Shown here: piece by piece, positions 54,101-58,394 of the stretch
Numbering within the stretch: the first letter of the stretch is position 1
Layout of the letters: each line of letters begins with the position of its first letter
Source of the DNA: Girardia tigrina
Lineage: Eukaryota
NCBI GenBank assembly: GCA_001938485.1
Contig: MQRK01228157.1
Span: forward strand, 1-58,394
Reading direction: 5' to 3'
Length of the DNA stretch: 58,394 bases
Notes under the pieces: generated by a model
What the model saw: only the letters and a program-made list of their open reading frames with translations
Told to the model about the DNA's origin: nothing
The model's database searches: none
Program-made: the position numbers and the translations under genes

Positions 54101-55559
54101 TGTTTAGACAAAATATTAATTGATTTTGTTTTAATTTATTACTTTACCGTCAATTCAAAATGGAAAATCAAAATGAGCATATTCGTCATGTTTTGTTGCA
54201 TTATTTTTGCAAAGGGAAAACCGCTGTGCAAGCTCATAAGAAGATATGTTTTGTATATGGTAGTGACTCCTTAAAACTTCGACAGTGTCAGTACTGGTTT
54301 TCTAAATTTCGTTCTGAAAAATTTCATCTGAAAGATGCACCACGCTGCGGTCGACCAGTTGAAGTTGATGGCGACAAAATAACTGACCAAATCTAATTCA
54401 CATATGACGACAAGAGAAGTTGCAGAGACTCTGGAAATATCAAAATCAAGTGTTGGAAGTCATTTAAAGAAACTTGCATTCGTCAGTAAACTCGATATGT
54501 GGTTACCACATGAACTGAAAGAAATTCATTTGGTGAAACGTATAGACATTTACGATTCCCTTTTGAAGCGAGAACAAAGTGATCCATTTTTGAAGCGCTT
54601 GATTACGCCGACGATCATGGACAAAACGTGGTGAGCCTGCCAAAACGATCCCAAAAGCAGAAATTCACCAAAAGAAGGTTATGCTTTCCGTCTGATGGGA
54701 TTTTAAAGGAATTGTGTTTTTTGAACTCCTTCCGAGGAATGAAACCATCAATTCAGACAGATATTGTGGTCAGCTGGAGAAATTGACTCATTCAATTCAA
54801 CAGGAACGTCCTGAATTGGCAAATCGAAAAGGAGTTGTAACGCAAGACCGCATACATACAATATGATCTATTTTTTGTTTATATCAACGGAATTTTGTCG
54901 GCAGAGGTTCGTCCAATATTTTGATCTGATATTTGATTACTCTTGCTGATTTCCTCATCTGTCTGTTAATAGATTGCTAAACTTAAATAATTTTGTTGAA
55001 TTATTTTTAATAAGATTTATATTAAATATCTTTATAAATGTTATTCAACAACATAAAATGATAAATATTGTTTAGCAACTAGACGTTCTGGTCAACAATA
55101 TTTATTACACTTGCATTTACGCCAAAATGATACTGGTCCTTTATAGTTGGTTCTTATGTTTATATAATTATATTAATTGAAAAGATTAATAAATAAGTAA
55201 CATAAGAAACAAATTTTTTTACATTTATTTATTTTAAAGTCACATACGTCTTGGCAAATTAATATATAATACTAAAATCACTGATTTGTTTGAGATATAA
55301 TTATATTCATTCATGCAAATTAGAATTTATTAATTTGTGTGATGTTTTGGTAAACGTTCAAAGTAATATTAGTAAAAATCAGGTATGAAAAATATATAAA
55401 AATAAGTGTTATTGTATTGAATACAAGCAAATAACAAAGATTAAATATTTTTATATTTTAGAAGAACCTCATCTTGAGTATGAAGATTTCAAAGTAATTA
55501 TGAAACAGTATTCGAAAACAAAAGAACAGTTAAGTGCCATGATCGATGAAGCTTTTATG
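51144..55559 (+). CDS. Divergent calmodulin-like / myosin-light-chain-like EF-hand protein (3' exons beyond window)
   Basis: Phase-consistent exons 51144-51167, 51261-51291, 53700-53855, 55462-55559 give MTDEEPEDTLTISPQEEKIYRETFNSIDTYQRSWIPASQIGYALRINGQCPSEKEIEEIVQSLVDENNANEEPHLEYEDFKVIMKQYSKTKEQLSAMIDEAFM, colinear with the calmodulin N-lobe (EFKEAF..D, MRSLGQNPTEAEL, IDFPEF, IREAF). Confidence 0.8.
51395..51760 (+). mobile_element. Decayed Penelope-like 3' fragment
   Basis: YIGETSRHLCKQIEEQ and FKFFVLNF remnants; a degenerate HHR-like sequence lies near 51730-51757. Confidence 0.75.
52479..52897. mobile_element. Foldback/MULE-type MITE with ~140-bp TIRs
   Basis: GTTCGTTGTCAATTCCCAACAAA...CAACAAGAAACTC is mirrored by GAGTTTCTTGTTG...TTTGTTGGGAAGTGACAACGAAC. 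Confidence 0.8.
53050..53330 (+). mobile_element. MULE (Mutator-like) transposase fragment
   Basis: LWTVRDQVLDNLPRTNNSVEKWH...CPDVYKLI matches the RTNNxxExWH motif of animal MULE transposases. Confidence 0.8.
53978..54860 (+). mobile_element. Mariner element, 3'-truncated
   Basis: TIR TATTGGGTTGGCCAAAAAGTCATTGCG; MENQNEHIRHVLL, SKLDMWLPHEL, HQKKVMLSV and RPELANRKGVV..ARPH motifs. Confidence 0.92.
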
Positions 55560-56113
55560 GTTAGTTTATACTTTATTTTGATGTAATAAGACTTTATTTA
55601 TTAATTATAATTAGTTAATATGCTCGAGAAAAAAGGTTTTTTGGCATCCGCAATTACTGATTCTTACTTTTATAGAGTGTACTGATTTCCAATCTAAAAT
55701 TAGTCTTTCTCTGAAAGCTTCAAGGCTCATTAAAAATACTTATTTTAATCATAAAATTTCAGTAGGACCTATTCAAATTCCATTCGAGCTAAATTTGCAC
55801 TAGTACATTGATTAAATATCCCCTTACATGATGCTCCAGTAGACGCTTGCTATCCTCTTCCTGTCCCAATGCATCTGATAACGATCTATTTATTGGTAAG
55901 AGCTCCAAAATTTTCGTGAAACTTATCAAGGTTCATGAAGTGAATCTTAAAGCTCTTTTTTTACGTTAATATACTCTTTGTTCATACTGATCTCATTTAT
56001 ATGGATAAGAAAGAAGTAGCAGTCACAACTCTGGCCTCACGTTCAAACCAAAACATGGGAGTACCAAAAAAACATTGCTTTTTTGTTTCTTTGTGTCCAT
56101 CCCAATACATCCT

Positions 56114-58026
56114 CAATCATTCGTTAAAAAAATCCAACGAAGAATAACATCTTTATTTAATAATAATAATTATAATTACAACATAAAATAAATCAATTTT
56201 TTATCGATTCTTAAAATTTTATATGTATATATATATGTTCCATAAAAAGGTTGGTCACAACATTAGCCCCCTTATTAAAAGTGGAACGTTTGGGTTCTAA
56301 TAACTGTCTGTTGTTTTTCTGTTTGTTAATGATCGAATTTTCTTTTATATTTTCTAGTAACTTATTATTGATATAAAGTAGCTTCAATTCTTCTAGTGAT
56401 TTTTCTGACCAGAATCTTATTCTTTTCTGGTTTACTAAAGTGTTGGTACCCCTTATGTCCAAGACGAAAGAATGCTTCTGTTGGTCAATGGGCCTTCAAA
56501 AAAATCGCTTATGTTATTTCTAACTAATGCCAAAAAATCGGCATAAATGTCTCTATTTGATTCTTCGTTTCCACTAACGGTGCCTACTTTGTCCCTAACA
56601 CTGGTATTGTTTATTTCTTTTTAAATTGATTTTCTTCCTCTGCTTGTATGGTGTTGGTTGCGTTTTGCAAACTTCCACGAACCAATGTATTTTTATTGTG
56701 ATCATTTGATTGAAAAATATTTGTGTTTACATTGTCGGTTGAAAAATCATATTATTATTATTAGAATTAAGTGTACAAATGCCAGTCTGGGAAATATCTA
56801 AAATTTCTTGTCCTGAAGCACTTATCCTTGGACATAACAAATGACTTTGTGTATGTGCTACATCAGAATGAGGAAAACTCTGAGGTTTTGTAGTAACCGT
56901 CAATTTTAATGTTGGTGCAATCGAATTAGAAATGTTATTACTAGATATTTGTGAAGATGGTTAAGGAGATGCTGTTAATAGCTCTAATGAATCCTCTAAT
57001 GCTGCAGTGGCCAACTCAGCAGATCCAGGTCCATTTTATGTCAATACAACTTGTTGCTCATTGCTTGGATTAGGAATTACATCAGCAGGAGTTTGATAAA
57101 CAAACTAAGGATGCGGTAAATTTATCACAGGAGCCGGTTGGGGTAACATAATATTAGCATATTGTGGAGACTGTGAAGCTAAATCTGAAGAATTTTACCC
57201 AGGGACGTGAAATAGATTTCATCCGCTTTGGAAAGCATATGGAGCTGGTCCATTATATAAAACTGTTCCAGATATTTTTTGTTGAGGAAATAAATTTTTC
57301 TTCCTTACATCATGGCCAATGTTCAATTTTCGTTTTTTAAATATCATTTTTTAGCTTCATTTTTGATGATTTTGTTAGCAGTTTCCTGATTTTCAAAAGT
57401 CACAAATCCAAAGCTTCTTTTCTATAATCCCGTACGATCATTTATTATGTTAGCGTATATATTTGGACCATAACTCGAAAAGAAAATTTTTAATTCGTCC
57501 TCAGTTGTATTTGATGTGAGTCCGCCAACAAAAATTCTATTTGGGATTAGTGTACCTATTTTTGGTATTGATTTGCGAAAGATAGAATTAAGCTGATTTG
57601 ACTGATTGATTTGATTATTATTTGCTTTATTATTTTTTTGAGAAATTCGCATGTTAATGAAGGCATCATTTTAAAAGTCGAAGAATAATCTTTCTACTGA
57701 AAATTGTATTTTTCATTTAGTCCCGATAAATTGTCTTGTTGAATTTGAAGTTTGGTTAATAACTTCTTAATTAATTTTTTAAAATTACTTGGAGGCGAAT
57801 TTTTCTTTTTATATAGATGCATTTTCTTATTCTTTATTTCTTTCTTCTGACACAAGTGTTGAGGATCATATTGGTCAACAATCATTCGTTAAAAAAATCC
57901 AACGAAGAATAATGTCTTTATTTAATAATAATAACTATAATGATAACATAAAATAAATCCATTTTTTTATCGATTCTTAAATTTTTATATGTATTTATGT
58001 TTTCTATAAAAAGGTTGGTCACAACA
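56114..58026 (-). mobile_element. Non-autonomous LTR retroelement carrying a boule retrocopy
   Basis: 5' LTR 58026-57857 (TGTTG...CAACA); PBS-like TTGTGTCAGAAG; PPT AAGGGGG at about 56267-56273; 3' LTR 56262-56114 lacking its last ~22 bp. A possible integrase tail (RFFEGP, VNQKRIRFW) lies before the PPT. Confidence 0.75.
56760..57652 (-). pseudogene. boule: Processed boule/DAZ-family RRM pseudogene
   Basis: PKIGTLIPNRIFVGGLTSNTTEDELKIFFSSYG...IINDRTGL*KRSFGFVTFENQETANKII...FKKRKLNIGHDVRK is a Boule-type RRM with no introns. It has a TAG at 57424-57422 and more stops and frameshifts in the P/Q-rich tail. Confidence 0.88.
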
Positions 58027-58394
58027 GTTTCCTTGTGTCCCATTCTGATACATTTCCTCAGAGGTATGATACACTATATGAGAGACCAAATTTTTGTCCA
58101 ACATTATCATATCTCAAGCTGGTATCCAGAACACTAAAGCAAACTCTGAGATTTTATCTTCCACTTGACCACCAACTCATGATCTGGATGTTTTTGCAGC
58201 ATCTTATAAATCTTCTTTAGAGCTTATTTGATATTTGTTTATGGGATAGCCATTGATAGAGTTTGACCTACTCAGAATTGTACTACGGAATGATATGAAT
58301 AGTTATTTTATTGAAAATTAATAATTATTCAGAGTACTGAAATAATACGTTTTAATATTAAGTAGGGGGAAAATGGGCATTCTGGCGACATACC

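Larger units (their letters stand above)
55760..58270 (-). mobile_element. Chapaev3-like (CMC) DNA transposon relic, internally deleted and split by the LTR insertion
   Basis: 58030-58260 reads LDKNLVSHIVYHTSEE (QDKxWAPHxVCxxC). 55800-56113 reads LGWTQ...FFGTPMFW, DCYF and SFKIHFMNLDKFHENFGAL (SLKIHFLHSHLDFFPENLGAV). The family name is from recall. Confidence 0.6.

Noticed and set aside
57422-57424. In-frame TAG in boule (and TGA in the TBP-like ORF) as recoding or an alternative genetic code
   Set aside because: Both regions also have frameshifts or further stops, and the host exons read normally in the standard code.

Overview
A very AT-rich, gapped eukaryotic (probably invertebrate animal) genomic window dominated by transposable-element debris. 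Two host genes can be modelled on the + strand with phase-consistent GT-AG splicing: a RAPGEF1/C3G-like RasGEF (at least 9 exons, 17820-35418) and a divergent calmodulin-like EF-hand gene (4 exons, 51144-55559, continuing past the window). Introns and spacers hold mariner, Tigger/pogo, hAT, MULE, Chapaev3-like, BEL/Pao, Gypsy and LINE relics, MITEs and a solo-LTR family. Four observations stand out. (1) About ten short Penelope-like pieces carry only a GIY-YIG endonuclease end and/or a minimal hammerhead ribozyme (HHR), and none shows an RT. (2) An intronless, decayed boule/DAZ retrocopy lies between two short LTRs with a PBS-like site and a PPT. (3) There is a decayed, intronless, highly divergent TBP-like ORF. 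(4) A GC-rich island folds best on the minus strand. All family calls come from reading motifs by eye; no database search was run, and most TE boundaries are approximate.
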